64,000 nt of DNA from Peribolospora baueri (GCA_029717555.1 JAMDHS010000098.1:1-64000), one strand, 5' to 3'; counted from the stretch's first letter, positions 37,551-51,799 are shown. Program-made: numbers and translations. The notes: a model not told the origin generated them from the letters alone.

Positions 37551-40500
37551 CTAAGCGAAATAGTCTGGCAGAGCGGGAATGGCGACGACCCCGGTCAGTT
37601 TCGAGTTCTGCAGCAGCACTTTCCGTCCATATAACGCAGCGCGCACGGCGGGCTGGCTCACCAGAGCGACCGATGACCCAATCGTTTAGAGCCATCAGCT
37701 GTTCCGGATCGAATTTCCTCTCGTCCTCCTATGCGACACGAAAAAAGGTTAGCGAGCGGGACCGGGGTGTCACGAATTGCCAGAGAGAGAGACACATACC
37801 GCCCAATTGTCGTAATGGTTCTTCTTGAAATTGGCAGCGCATTGTTTGACGGTTTTGAGGATGGGCTCCGGATGCGAGGTGTACTCGCTGATCGTGTCTG
37901 TGATGAAGGCTGGCATCCATTCCGGCACCTCGTACGGGAACGCGTCGATGATGGCGCCACAACCCAGGATTGCGCTGTGGATCTTGAGCAACTTGTCCTG
38001 GTACGCGGTTGTGTTTCGACGAGGCAACTTGGTGTCATGAAGGGTGCGAGCAAAAAGCTCCTGTTAAATCGAGAAGGTATGCTCCGGGTAAGCTGACTTT
38101 TCGGCATGGCCACGATGCTCAGCACGATCACGAACGAGTACGGCTCACCCTGAAGCGCGTGATCAAATCGCCTCTCAGCACCTTGACGCAACCGCTCAGC
38201 GTCATCGCCGCCATTTCGCGAACCTCCACACGCTTGTCCTCGAGAAGGGACACTAGAACATCGATGATCTTTGAGATCAAGAAGTCCTTCAAGAAGAAAA
38301 GCTGCTGGTAAAAGACAACTGCGAACGGAGAATGCCAGTTGGACCCAGTCAAAACATGAACGTATTCGAGTCTCACGACGACAAGTTGTAGCGCACCCTG
38401 AAGAATCGGCAAGACGTCGAGTCTCATCCTCCAAGTTGAATCCGGTGCATTGATGATGGAGATGAGAGTCTCGATCAGCCACGCGACTTGATCAGGCGGA
38501 AAGGGAGTCGTAGAAATTTTGCCGAGCACAGCAACTGCAGTCCTGGACAGCTCCAGGTTGTCGACCATCTCCACCATTTGGAGAATGGCGGGTCTACACG
38601 CGCGACATAGGAGAAGATGTCAGCTTGGACAAAGATTCTGGCCTGAGGTAAGGTGAGACCAACGGACGAAAAACCTGCTCACAATAGACCGATGACTTCC
38701 TGGGGCATAGCAGACTGGACGTGATCGGACAGAGTAGTGTTGATCCAGTGCAGGGTCGTTAGAGCGGCCTTGTCGTAGCGTGACACTGCCTGGGACGTTG
38801 GTACACGCTCTTTTCGCCAGGCTTCAAGATTGCTGGACAGTCTGGCGACGAAACCGTCGTAAAGTTGGGGGCGGGTAAAGAGCGAGCCGGAACCATGTCC
38901 GCACGCGGCCAAAAAGGAATCAACGGTGTCGAACGATGGGTGCACCTTGGTGAGCTGGAGATCGGTCAGGTTATCGGCCACGATCGAACGGACTTCCGCA
39001 AAGTCATGATCGAAGCAGTTCTCGTAGAGCTCGATGAATGGCTCCGACCAAGCTTCAAACTTCCAGCTAAGGCTGAGCGCAGCCCCGCGGAGGAGGTTCT
39101 GCGCCTTCGCCTGCTCCCAAGGGCTGCCACCGCCTCCATCACTCAGCGAAAGACCCTTCTCTACAACGTAGTTGACGATTGGCTGCACTCGCCGAGGGTC
39201 ACGTTGCTGACAGATGTACTCCACGCCTGAGGCCACATGAACGGAAATACAGTCAACCTCACGGTTGGTCGCAGAGTGAGAAGGAGGACCATCACTTACA
39301 CATTTGCCATGCTGGTGCCGAGTCGGGCGTACAAGCTTGGAAGATCTTGGGCAGGACAGGCGTGATCCATGACCAAAGCTCCTTTTGCTTCTCGATGGGC
39401 CAGTGCTTGCTGCCCCGGCAACAACTGCTCAAGATTCTAGACAAGGGAAAAGGAAGGGAGTAAACTTTTAGCTCGTGGCCTTTTCAAAAGGCGTGGAATG
39501 TACGTGTTCCGTACTAACTCGGCCGCAGCCCGATGCTTGTGACGATCCTTCTCGCCGATGTACTCGACAGTACGATCGCGCACAAGATTGACGACAGGAT
39601 CGCCGTAAACCTGGAAGATGCTCTTGACAAGGTTGATCGTCTCTGCTGAGAGATAATTCCTATCCTTCTCCTGGGCGAGATGTCGCATGAAAGCGCTCCA
39701 CCAATCCTCGCTATTGACAAGCAAGTGTCCGGCTTCCAGAGCCCCTTGGCTGGACGGATCCCAAACGAGATATTCGTGGGCCTTTTCGTAATAGTCTACC
39801 TCGTCCGCCCAGACGAGCCAACCGCTAGAATTTTTGTCAAAAAAGCGATCGGCTTCGTCCAAGCCCTGTCGGAATCCTGCCAGGTACTTTTCGGTGAAGT
39901 CTGGCGGCAATGGTCGGGGTAGGATCCATTTATGCTTGAGGGGATTGGAGGTCTGCGACAACAGCAAATCCTTCTCCGTCTTGCAGAGGGTCCGAAGCTT
40001 GATGAAGTGCAGCATTTTGGTCACACTGACAGGGGACAAGGCACAAAAAGGAGGATGACATAAAGGTGATGAGAAGAGAGCCTAGGTCAATTCGCATCCC
40101 GCCACGTACTTACGCTGGCTGCGCATAACGCCGCATCTTGATGTTCTCTGACACGACTTGCTCGAAGAAATACGTCGCCACCTCTTTGTCGATGGGACGG
40201 TCCCGCCGCAGGATAGCCCGCAAAAGACGAAGGCAGAAAATCGAGTACTGTATCCAAGAGTGGACACAATGTGGGTGCTATGCATGTTGTCAAGATGATT
40301 GGGACATTTACTCACCTGCCAATGTGTTGAATCCGATTTGGCAATCTCGAGGACGCGAGAAGAAAGTGCGGTGCATTCCGAGTCCAGTCGCGACTCCCGT
40401 TTCATGACGTGAGCTCGAAGCTGTTGGAAAAGCTCTGGCGAAGTGGGTGAGGTACGCCCCGATTCCTCGACTTCGAAAATCAAGGCCGTGGCTGCCGACT

Positions 40501-43500
40501 CGAGCCCAGCTGATGTAATATGAGATCGAATGGTCCATGGCTCCGACAACCGAATAATGAAGTCGTTGACAACGGTCCGCACGATCTTCTGGATTGATGG
40601 CTACAACAGAGGAACAAAGCAATATTTAGGGACGGCGAGAGGTGGTGCAAACGCTCTGGAACTTACCTTGGGTTGATGCTGAGTCTGTAGCAAGCTCGTG
40701 ATGTACGGCGCGGTGAATCTCGAGTCGACAACGGCAAAGTTGCAATACGCCTTGCTTCCCAGAACGTAACTTTAACCACGTCCGGTACGAAATGCGTCAG
40801 CTCCCGTAGATGATCGACCGACGTTTAACAAAGCTTGGCGACTCACAGAGCTCCTTTCATTCGATCAGGGTCGTTACCGGGCTTCAGGGCGTCGAATAGC
40901 TTGTCCATCGTCATCGCCTTTGTGCCATCATAGAAGGAGGCCACGGTGTCCAGACTCGTCTGAGCGGTGCTGAAAAACAGAACGGACGGAGACGTTTGCG
41001 TGAGGTCAGGAAGGGAGGGCGGGAAGGAACTAGAGAAGAACTTTGACAAACCCACCGCCTCAGGCCAACGTATTTGCTCAAGGAGAACTCGACAAGATGA
41101 TGGATGAGTTTGTCGTCCAGGGGTGATCGCCGTCGATAAAAGGCGTTTAGACGAGCACGCGTGTTGTGGTGAAATGCCGCGCGCCGCACCCAGATCAGCC
41201 GGGGGTAGACTTTCTGTTTGGCCCAGAGCCTGGTGATGTTCCGGAAAAAGCCCAAGTTTTTGCTGTTGGCGCGATATTCGACCGAATCGTACGAGTAGCT
41301 AGTCATGTACGTGCGAATACTCCGGACCAGCAGCTTGGTGCAGTCGATCTGGTCTTCACCCCCGGTTTCTTGCGTGCTGCCGGCCGCTCGGAGCAGTGTC
41401 TCTCCAAACTCTCGATGGAATCGAGCTACCTCTTGATAGCGAGGATCGGCGCGGTCTTCGAGCACGAATCCGGAGTGGAAGCGATGACGAGGCTCAAGGA
41501 ATTCGGGCGGATCGTCGCTGAACGACGCAAAAAAAAAAAAAAAGTTAGCAACCGTGAACGACTAACGCTCCCCAAGCCTCAAAGACGGCCGGAGGACCCA
41601 CCAGGTATCCGTGGCGAACACGCCCTTTCCCTTTTCGTCCTCGACAATCAAACTCGGCGTGGCGCCGAAGATATTCTTGAGAACGGTCAGGTGGCGACAG
41701 AATTCGTTGGCCCAGATCTTGTCTCTGACGGTACCACGTTCGTCGGAGTGAAGCTCGTTTAGCTTGGCCAGCGAAGGACCGCCAATCCTCCTGATGATCT
41801 CTATCGCAAAGTCGGTCTCCGCTTGTGAAGGCACATGCCAATCAAGCTTGACGTCGCGGACTTCGTACATCTTGCCCCAATACAAATGGTGTCGCTTGTT
41901 GAAAACTGTACCGAGCCGAAGCATGTCAGTCGGATGTGTGAGAAGACCGAGGGGCGATCACGGACGACTCACCGGGATCGTTCCACTCGTCGAGATTGAC
42001 GAATCGCGATTCCCGTGGATACACCGTCGTCGTGTTATTCAGCACGCGGAAAAGCATCTTTGCACACATGCTCCATCCCCTCTCCGTCTTGGCTCGATCG
42101 ATGACGAACAAGAGCAAGTCGATAATCTCATCCTTGTACTCGAGCAGCTCCTCTCCGCCTTGGCTTAGTGCGCCGTGGAGGACGCTCAGATTCCAGTGAA
42201 GGGTGGTGTCGCTCTGCGCGGGGACGGATGTCTGCGTGGTCGGGACTGAGGACGCGCCATGCTCTAGCTCGCTGCGAATGTTCATGGCGCAAACGGGGAA
42301 TAGCTTGGCCAGAGTCTGCCGGGGATCTGCCCGAGCAAAGCACGAGACCAAAGATCCTATGGAGCGGACCACATTCGAGCGGACCGTTGAAGTACAATAC
42401 TCGGCCACCACTTTGAAGCTGAGATCGAAGAGCGGCTGGGAGAGCTCTTGGCAGACGATGTCGGCAGCCGCGAGGACGGTGTTTACCACCTGTTCCTCTG
42501 TCTTCCCGCCCGGTCGTCCGCTCTTCCCACCCTCATCCGGAAGGTTTTCGAATAGGGCTGTCGATAGCGATCCCGGCCAGGGGGAAGCGCGGACGTCTGT
42601 TAGCCGAGGATGACGCTAATGGAAACCTCTTCAAGGGACTCACCGACGATTCGCCTGAAGAATTTGACCACCCAGTCCTCGAAAGCGCTCGTACTAGCTC
42701 TCACGAGCGCGTCCTCCTCCTCATCGGTCAACTTCTTTTCCACTTCTGCACCAAGTCCCCCCCCACCTGCAAAGGTCGCGCCCAAGCCTCCCTGACCTGC
42801 AATGCGAGAGTAGGGCGTCGCCGTTCCGGAGACGCTGGTGTCCTGAGTCTCAGCGCGAGACAGGTCGTCGATCTTGACGGTCAGGGTGGAGAGAAGGACG
42901 AACATTGCGCTGTGACCAGATCGGCAACCCCCGAGCATTAGCGCGCCTATATCGCCGTGGTGCATGTTCGAAGAAGCGCTCACGTGGACATTGTTTTCAT
43001 CGGATCGTTTAGATCGATGCCTGGGATGGTCAACTCGAGCAACTGCGTGAGGTGTTTCGCACCAGGCCGCCAAATCTCCCTCGACACCAGCGGCAGGGAC
43101 AACGTGCTGATGGCTGTGATGATGGCCGTCGTCCTCTGCGTCGTCTCGAGGGCCTCCAAGCTGGGAAAACTCCGTTCGAGGACGGCTGGTAGGATCAGAT
43201 CCGGCTCAAGCACCGCCAAACTCTTCAGGGACGACTGACTGGCCGCCACGCTCATAGGGTCCTTGGAGAACATGGACAAAAGGCAGACGGTTCGCACGAT
43301 GGACACAAACTCCCTCTTGATGCCCAGGGTGAGCCGACGAGACGCCGGCGTTTTACAGTCCGGCTTTTCCTCCTCCTGCTCGACGAAACGAAGGAAACGA
43401 ACGTGTAGTAGTAAGTCGAGGCTGTTCATTGACATGGGCCAAAAGCCCAACCCGCCGCAGACCGTCTCAACAGAGCGGACTTGCCGATCTCCGCGGCCAG

Positions 43501-45681
43501 CTAATACTCGCCTTCCAGCGTTTGAGAAACTCCCAGGTGAGGTTCTGCACGAATCGCACGAGCTGTCCTTGCCAAACGCCCCAGTTGCTCGGGTGAAAGT
43601 ACGTTTCGGTGGCCTGAATGAACTTGGCAATGTGCGCCAAGGCCTTGCTCCCGGCTATGGCGTGGGAGGAAAAGGACGACGAAGGTTCGCTCGACACGGT
43701 CTTGGAGGACGGTTGTTCTTCCGAAGGGGTGGAAAACGGACCGCTCGAACCCTGCGACACGGTTGGAGCGTCCTCCGAGATGCTGTAGGCTATGACGATG
43801 GCGAGAGAATGGGCTCGCTCCGTCGGCTTCTTCATGGCGAGCGACGTATCGCTTGCCGCTGCGTCGGCGCCTGTCCGGATTGATGCTCCTTGAGCGACCA
43901 TGTTCGAACTCGCATGCTAAGGAGCGGTGAGGAAGCATCATCACGTCAAGAAGCGAGCTGCCAGCGAGAGCATCCCTCTCACAAGGACTCACCCTGGATG
44001 TTCCGACGGGGATGCCCATCGATCGCAGAGCTTTGCTCATGACAAAGGCGAACTGTTCATCTGTGAATATGCCCACGTCTTTCCACAAGCCACGCTGCTC
44101 GTCGTGCCCCGTCGTTCCTCCGTCGACGTCCACGTGATCGCCGGCGGCTTTCTCTTCCTTTGGCAGCGGCGATACGCTCCTGGAGCTCGCGGTGGTGCTG
44201 GCAAACGTAGCGGCCGAACTGACCCGAGGATCGACATGCAGCTCCGCCAATCTGGCGAGCAGGTCCAGCATATTGTCGTCGAAGATGGAGGAGTTGAAGG
44301 ACTCCCACAAGCGAAAAACTGCACGAGAAGAGATGGATGGATTGAGTACGACAGTTTATCGAGAGCAGCCGACTGCGTACGAAATTCTCACTGGCAGGAA
44401 GCCACTTTTGCGGGTGACTCAAAGGAAGGAACTGTACGAGGAAGGCTTGTGTCGCGAGTACACTCTACCATCACCAAGGGGGCAAGCAAGTCAGCGAGGT
44501 CGAGGGCCTTAGTGGCCTATTTGGAGTGTCAAGTCATGGCCCCAAGACTCACATCGAGACTGCTGCCGTCCATCCTCGGCAGGAAGGTCTCCAGCATGTC
44601 GTCTGTCTCGCTTGGTGGGAAAAAGCGCTGGGCAAACTCACAGAGATTCAACAGCGTGTTGGAGATGTTGCTGAGAGGAGGGGAGGGAGGGGGAAAGCGA
44701 GTCAATGATAAGGGGAAAAAAGAGAAAATGCGCCCGTGCTGACTCACGTATGGCCCGTCTTGCGCTGTTTGGGAAACACTGCCAGCGACGCATGTAGGTG
44801 GAACACGCTCAGCAAGACGGCTCGGCGGGCCGCATTCCTGGACAGCAACAAAGCGCTCACACTCTTTCTCGAGGATCGTATACAGCGGCCTCCAGGGCAA
44901 GGTCAGATCCTTGATGGTAATCTTTTTCTTGCTCCTGAGTTGAGTGATCGGCGAGGACCGTGTGAGATTGCAAAAAGGCCAAAATTCGCGCAAAGACGGC
45001 CCGCCGGTGAGCGTGGTGGTGGGGGTCGAGCTTTCAGATGCACTCACTCGATCAGGTTCATACACATGTTCGCCGCCAGTTCGACCAACCTGGCCTCCAT
45101 GCCGGGAAGGACGGAGATCTCGTAGTAAAGCCTCGCCAAAGCGGCACGCCTTGTCCTCATCATCGGGTATTTCAGAGCGAGCCAGCTGTGAAGGGGAAGA
45201 GGAAATGGAAATGAACGCGGTCGAGGCGTTGAGCGGGATAGGAAGGCGAAAATGGACGAGAGGGCGGGCACCGCATTCAGCTAGCTCACCACTGCAGCTT
45301 GTGGTTCCACTGCACGAAGCCGACGTCCCAGTCTTTGGCGCGTACGCTCTCTACGAGCTTGCAGATGATCTCGTCCAAAAGAGCGTCCATGTGGTCCAAG
45401 CTCTCGGTCTTGTACGGCAAGCTCTGCGGGTAGTCGAGCATCTTCGTCCTGTCCTCCGCCATCTTCATTCTCCTCCTCAACAGGCTCGTCGCCGGATTGT
45501 CCTTGTCGTCACGAGCCGTGGAGAGGAGCGCGGTACTGGAACTGGCGGCAGTAGACGGGAAGCCAGCGCCGTCGCCGTTATCTAGGGCGAAGGCGTCGGA
45601 CTCGAGATCCTCCTCTTCCTCCGAGTCGATATCCACCGCCAACTCGAGGGGCGAGTCGATCGCGAGTATGTCGTCGTCCAT
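37551..45681 (-). CDS. BLM10: Proteasome activator Blm10/PA200 (PSME4)
   Basis: LPYKTESL, WNHKLQCWLALKYPM, LTLPWRPLY, ETYFHPSNWGVW, LEALETTQRT, PGIDLNDPMKT, DKRVEVREMAAMTLSG, IHSAILG..AFPYEVPEWMP, FKKNHYDNW. C-terminal DYFA* lies in a 14-nt last exon. Confidence 0.94.
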
Positions 45682-46384
45682 CGCGAAGAGAGAGACGGTG
45701 TGTTGCGTTTCGGGGAGAAGGAAGGGTAGAGGAGGTCCGCGCCTGATGATATATATATATATGAAGGCGGCGCACAGGACACAGGATGGAGCGCAAGTCG
45801 AGGTGGGTGGTAGGCGGAGCTGGTCGTCGTCGTCACCGCCTCTCTTGTGCTTACGTCCTCGCCGCCGCAGCCGACGGATGTGCAAGTGATCGAAGGTGGA
45901 GCCGTCGTCCGTCGTACGACGTTGGCTCGACTAGGGAGGGGGCTTTCGAGTCGCCCCTCCCGGCGCTCGACTGCAGAACGTATGCTCGTCTCGTGCAGCA
46001 CAATGGCCTGCAACTTTGGTGGTGGACGTTGAGGCCGAGAAGAAGAAGAAGAACCCAAGCTCGTTAAATAGGGACCTCGTCCCAATGACGACCCGAGGTC
46101 GGCGTCAAACACGTACGATCTGGCTCATCTGTCTACAAGCGAGCGAGCGTGCCGGTCCTCCGACCGTCCGCTCAGCTTGGTGGTTCTTCTTTTGGCGGGT
46201 CATGAGACCTTCACCTCACTCTGTCACACGTTGACCCATTTTTTACCCCCCCTCAGGAACGGGCGAACGTGGCAGACTACGATGACGACAACGATCCCTT
46301 GCAGGCCCAGGGAGACGAAGACCAGAAGAGAGGTACAACGAGAACAGGAACGTGGGGTGTCCTACATACAACCTCGGCCGGCTC

Positions 46385-46425
46385 TCACTCCTCCTCCGCA
46401 TCCTCCTCCTCCTCCTCCTCCTCCT

Positions 46426-46459
<34 letters not shown>

Positions 46460-48140
46460 TTCCCGTTCCCGTTCCCGCCCCTCCGCGGCGTCATGCTCTT
46501 GCTGTATGACGTCGGCCATCGCCTCCCGCACGGCCCCCCACACTTTAGCCCTCTGCCTCTTGACGTCGGCGAGCCTGCTCCTCACCTCGTCGAGACGATC
46601 GACGTACTCCAAGCTGTCGCTCAGCAAATCTTGCAGCTGCAGAAGCGAGCCTTGGAGAATCTCAAACTGCTGATACGGCGTCAGCTGGTGTACGACCGTC
46701 TGCGGAGGGTAGCCGGGATGGGTCTGTACCGTCGAGGGCAGGTCGAGGCCCTCGGGGGTGATGAAGAGAGAGTAGAGTCGAGACAGGTTCGGCGCCTGTC
46801 CCGCCGACAGGTCCGCCAGCAGCGACGGCTGGCTCGCCGCTTCCTCTTTCACCTCCGACTGCGCCGGCGTTCCGTCCACCCCACCGTCCTCCTCCGCCTT
46901 GCCCTCTGTCCGTCCATCGCTTCCGTTCGCTGGAGGTTGAGACGTGCCGTTCGGTTCCTTCGCGACGCCGTCTGCGCCTGCGCCCGCGTCCGCGTCCGCA
47001 TCTGCCGCCGGGGGAGGCAATCGCTTCGGTCGCCTGCGCTCCATACCACCGCTTGGGCCCATCTCGAGGTCATCGCCAAGGCCCATATCGGTGCTCACAA
47101 AGAACCGGCCCAACGCCCGGCCGACCTTGCCTTCGCTCTCGCGGAGGTCGAGCGCGGTCTGGCTGAGAGCGCGTATGTGCGGGTTTCTGAACGTATGCGA
47201 GAGCGTTCGGGAGGCCAGCAGCTCGTACGGAGTGGTCGGAGGGCGGAGAAGAGAGGGGGCGAGGGCGGTGGAAGTGAGGGGCGGGGAGGAAGGGGAGGTG
47301 GAGCGTGGTGGCGGTGAAAGTTGTCGAGACGAGAGGGGGGGGTATGGCAAAAGGTCCGGATGGGTTTCCGCGTAGACGACCCTCAGCCGCTGTCTCGCCC
47401 GACGGTCCATCTGGCGACAATGGGATGAAAGGAGGGAAAATATGAAGTACTCCACCTCGTCGTCGCTCGACCGACAGAACGAAACGGCGCTTCTCCTTCT
47501 CACCTCTTCCTCCGCTCGCGCCGGAGTGTACTCGCCAAGCTTGCCGCACCTCACCCATCGTGCGCTCTTCTTCCTCTTGAGCTTGTTGCCCCTGTTGCCG
47601 CGCGCGTGTCCGCCGCCGTCGGCGACGAACGCGAGCTCGCCGTCGGTGGGGAGGTGCGATGGGGAGGGGAGTGGGAAGGCGCCGTCGGAGGGCGAGATGG
47701 GGGAGGGAGGGGAAGAGGAAGAGGATGTGTCGGAGTAGTAGTCCTCTCGATCGTTCGCCGGCAGCGACCTGATGCGAAGCGGGCGAGCGAAGGCGTGGAG
47801 AGACAGACATAGGCATGAATGAGCGCGCTCGCTGACAAGACCGGCGCATGCATCGCGCACGTTCGAAGAGAGAAGGAGGGAACGCCTACAAGTAGATCAG
47901 CCTCTCGGTGGCCCCCGTCGACGGGCGGTCTTCGCTCCTAGTCGCCGTCGTGGACGCTCCGTTGAGGGCACGCAGCGAGGCGGCCGGGTGAAGGTGTTGA
48001 GCCATGGGGCTGGCGGGCAAGGAGGCGGGGGGCAAAACGGGGGCGGTTGACGATGGGTGTGAGGGAGGTGGTGGGAAAGGGGACTGGAGGGGCGCGTAGG
48101 ACTGTGCGGCCGGTCGACGGGGGGTGTAAGAAGGATCCAT
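46385..48140 (-). CDS. RXT2: Rpd3L histone deacetylase complex subunit Rxt2-like
   Basis: RXT2_N-like GNRGNKLKRKKSARWVRCGKLG, LLRPPTTPYELLASRTLSHTF, and a coiled coil DSLEYVDRLDEVRSRL. Two GT-AG introns. The exact C-terminus is uncertain. Confidence 0.75.
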
Positions 48141-48448
48141 TGTTCGAGGGTCGGAGGGGATTGTTGTCAAGGTCGACGAAGCGATGATGGATGGGATGAT
48201 GGATGCTCCGACGAGAGCCTGCCCGTCGTTCGTTGTTCCTCGCGGACACCGATCGGGACCTGCCGCAGCAAGGCCAAGCGGACACCGAGGCCAAGCAGAC
48301 GCCGGCCCTTGTTTCTTCTTGTCCGCTTTTCTTTCTTCTTCGCCCAAGGTGGTAGGTGGGTGGTTGGTTGTATAGCTCGAGCACTCACAAGCAAGCCAGG
48401 TGCCTTGGTGCGCTGATTGGTCTAGGTACAAGAAGGCGGCCGAGGGCG

Positions 48449-48632
48449 CGTCCTCTCGATAGATGCGAATGTCTAATGTGCGACCGAAGAGATCGCTCAC
48501 TGCTCTCTCTTTTCTCGCCTGCTCGACGGTCGTCGTCCTCTCGACAGATGCGAATGTCCAGTGTGCATGCTCCCCTGAGCGGGCATGGGCGCAAGACTGA
48601 AGTGACCGTCGCTCACTGCTCTCTTTTCTCGC
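48449..48632. repeat. Imperfect direct duplication upstream of RXT2
   Basis: CGTCCTCTCGA(T/C)AGATGCGAATGTC..TGTGC ... CGCTCACTGCTCTC(TC)TTTTCTCGC occurs twice (48449-48518 and 48534-48632). Confidence 0.8.
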
Positions 48633-51600
48633 AGGAAATCAGACGAAAGGAGCGAGGGACGTGGTGAGTGCCTCTCCTTCGGCTAAAGCGGGCCTCCTCC
48701 TCCTCCTCCTCCTCCATCCCGGTGATCGCGAGACGGACGGACGAACGGACAAACGAACGGCCAGCTTTGATCCGAAAAGATATGCAGAGGACGCCACTAG
48801 CCTCCCATCAGGGCGGCTGACGAGTTGAAAAACTTCGTCCCGTGCGGTGCGGTGTGGTGCGGTCTAGCTTTCACGACGATGGCGCTCACCATGTAGCGAA
48901 ACCCGAACGCGGTCTGTTGATCACGCTGATTCTCCCTCTCTCCCCGCCTTCGCCGTCCTCGTCATTGTGCGATCGGACGGGCGGTCATCGTATCCATCAT
49001 AGGAGGACGGCATCGACCTGGGCAGTCTACCGCGGTGTCCGTCCTCGTCGTCCCGCCTTTCCTTTCCACCCTCCTTCCTTCCTTCGCTGCCGCTCGCCTC
49101 TTTTCGGACCCTGTGGCTTACCTGTGGGCGTTTCTTTCCGGCGGCGGACGCCTCTGAAGAGGTGGTGCTGTCTCCCACCGTTCGTTTCGTTTTTTCGTTC
49201 GAGATCAGCGCCGAGGATGTATACGACCGCGAGAAAGGAAGGAAGGGCTCGAGAATGAGTAAGCAGATCTTGAGGCGGAAGGAGGGCGGGCGTGTGGCAC
49301 GTGTGGTGTGCGGTGAGCGACGTTGTCCGTCACACGTGTAGGGCCGGTGCGGTGCGGTACGGTGCGATGATGTGATGTGATGTGATTCAAGCACGGCGGG
49401 CGCGCGAGGAGGGCGGATAATGCGCATGGACGTTGCTTGCATTGTCGGTCGGTGCAAAGCGACGGACAGAGCGGAGCGCCGCAAGTGATCCATCCACGCC
49501 ACTACTTACAGGGCGGGTGGTGTGAGCGAAGGTGCGCGAGGTCCGGCATGGCTTAGCTTGCCATCGTTGATGAGCTCTCCACGGCACGGTCAAGAGACTC
49601 GGTTACGTTGCGAGGCGTGCGGAGGAGCTCCGTCCGTGCACACGCTGTTGTCCTGTGCCTATCTGTCTATCTCTATCGTCACTAGCCAGCTTGCTCACTG
49701 ACTGCCCATCTACCCCCTGCCTAGGTGGTCTACCGCACGGCGTGCTGGCCCCATAAGCGACGTATGACCCGTCCGTCCGTCCATCTGCCAGGGCGTGGAC
49801 GAGCGCGTGTAGGTAGTAGGGTAAGATGCGATGCCTCGCAGCGGCCACTTGCTCCGGCCGATGGACATGGATGTGGGCTGAGCGCAAGAAGCATGTGGAC
49901 GAGCGTGCGGTGGGCGCGTCGGAGCACACGTCGAGGCCAGCGCTGTGGCACGTGGGGCATGGATGACGAGGAGTTCGCGGGAACATTTCGCTCCGCGTTC
50001 GTTCGTTCGTTCAGAGGGGACGCGTGGTCGCTCGCGTGGGCAGGACGGAGGAGTGCGCCTTCTTTCTTTCCTTGTCTTGGCAGGCTGTCTGTCTATCTCA
50101 GATGGTCTGTCTATCTGCCTGCTCCCTCTCTCCTCATCTCATCTCATCTCATCTCATCCTTCCATCTCATCTGTCTCATCTGTCTCACCCTCCAGCGGGG
50201 CTGACGACGGAGGCAAGCCAGGGTCGACCGGCGTCCAACGCAGTTGCAGTCGCGGCGGGATGGGAAGCGAGCGGCGGAGGGCGGCCGTCCTCCCTTCCTT
50301 CTTCGCTTCCCCTTCCTTCGTGGCGGATGGCGCTACGCTGGCTGCGCGGGGCGAGTGCGAGGAAGCGCATACGTGGCGGCGTGGGGTGCGTGGAGGGTGC
50401 ATTAGCTGGACGGCTGATTTGGCGACGGCGGAGGGCGGGTGTGAGTTGCAGAGATGGAACGTCTCACGGTTGCCTGCTCTTCGTGCGAGGGCGTGTGCAT
50501 AGGAACGGATGCATCGGTGTCGTCATGCTGTTATCCCTGCTGCCATCCTCTTATCATCTGCTATGCTCTGCTTACTGTAGCCACTAGCCAGCCGGCTGGA
50601 GCCAGGGATATGGATGTCCGTGACGGTACGCTCTCCGTCTCCCATCATCATTCATCGCCCCTAAAAGGCCAGGCCGGCGACGCCACGACGCCACGGCGGG
50701 AACCGATCGGTTCGCATAACCCTACCACGCACTGGGCCGTATGGAGTCGGGCGAGCGAACGGTCAAAGTCAGTGGAGTGGTGCATAGTCTATCCTCTCAC
50801 TCAGACACTCGCGGCCACCAGCCGAACCCGGCTGCAGGCAACTCACTACGTCTCCTCGGCCTCCGCTTCCGACTGCACTCAACGCACTCAACTGACTGGC
50901 CGGACGGTCGAGTGACCATCTACGTCGGATCACGGCTGTGCGAGTGCGAGGGAAGGCAAGGCAATCAAGCGAGCGCTAAACGGACTCTTGCTTGCGTGCT
51001 CGACCACGTTATGTATTCCACTCGATTCTACTTCATTCCACTCGATTCCACTCCCAACTCGAATCATTTCGACCCACCCACCCACCGTATCAAACAGTCC
51101 GCAGCGCGTCCTCCCTCCGGCTCGGCGTGACCCGCCGCGGACCGACGACGACCACGACGACGTTCTTTCCTCTCCTCCTCCCACCACCACCACCACCGCC
51201 GCCGCCGTCGTCGCCATCGTCGTCGTCGCCATCCTCCTCCTCTTCCTCCTCGTCTTCTCTTCCCCCTCGTCTTCCCCCACCCGCTCTCTTCGCAGCCACT
51301 CATGCACGCGCCCGCCCGCCCTTCGCTTCTTCCGACACCCATCTGATCTCCCTTCAGTTTTTCTCCCAACCACCGCCCCCTCATCCCACCCTCGCCCCTC
51401 TCTCTCCCCCGTCGTCCCCCCTTCTCCCCCGTCGTCCCCCCCTTCTCCCAGACCCGCAACCGCCCCGCCCCGGACCTACACTCGTCCTTGATTCCCCTCG
51501 CCTCGCTCGCGTCGCCTTCATACGCTCTTCGTCTTCGTCTTCGTCCCTCAGCAGCCCGTGTACCATCGCCATCGCCTCTCTGTGTATAATTCTCGGTCCT

Positions 51601-51799
51601 TACCCTCCCCCGCTCTCCCCCTTCTACGTCTCCTTCCTGCTCTCTCCTTGCCCACGCAGCCAGCCGAGCCTCCGCTTTTGCCTCCTCCCCCCAGTCCACT
51701 GCCCACCATTCTCGCATAGTCCCCCTGCCTTCCCGTGGCGCTCGTCACGCCTCGTCGGTCTCTGCGGCCACCGTCACAGCCGCCGGCCCGTCGAGCCCA

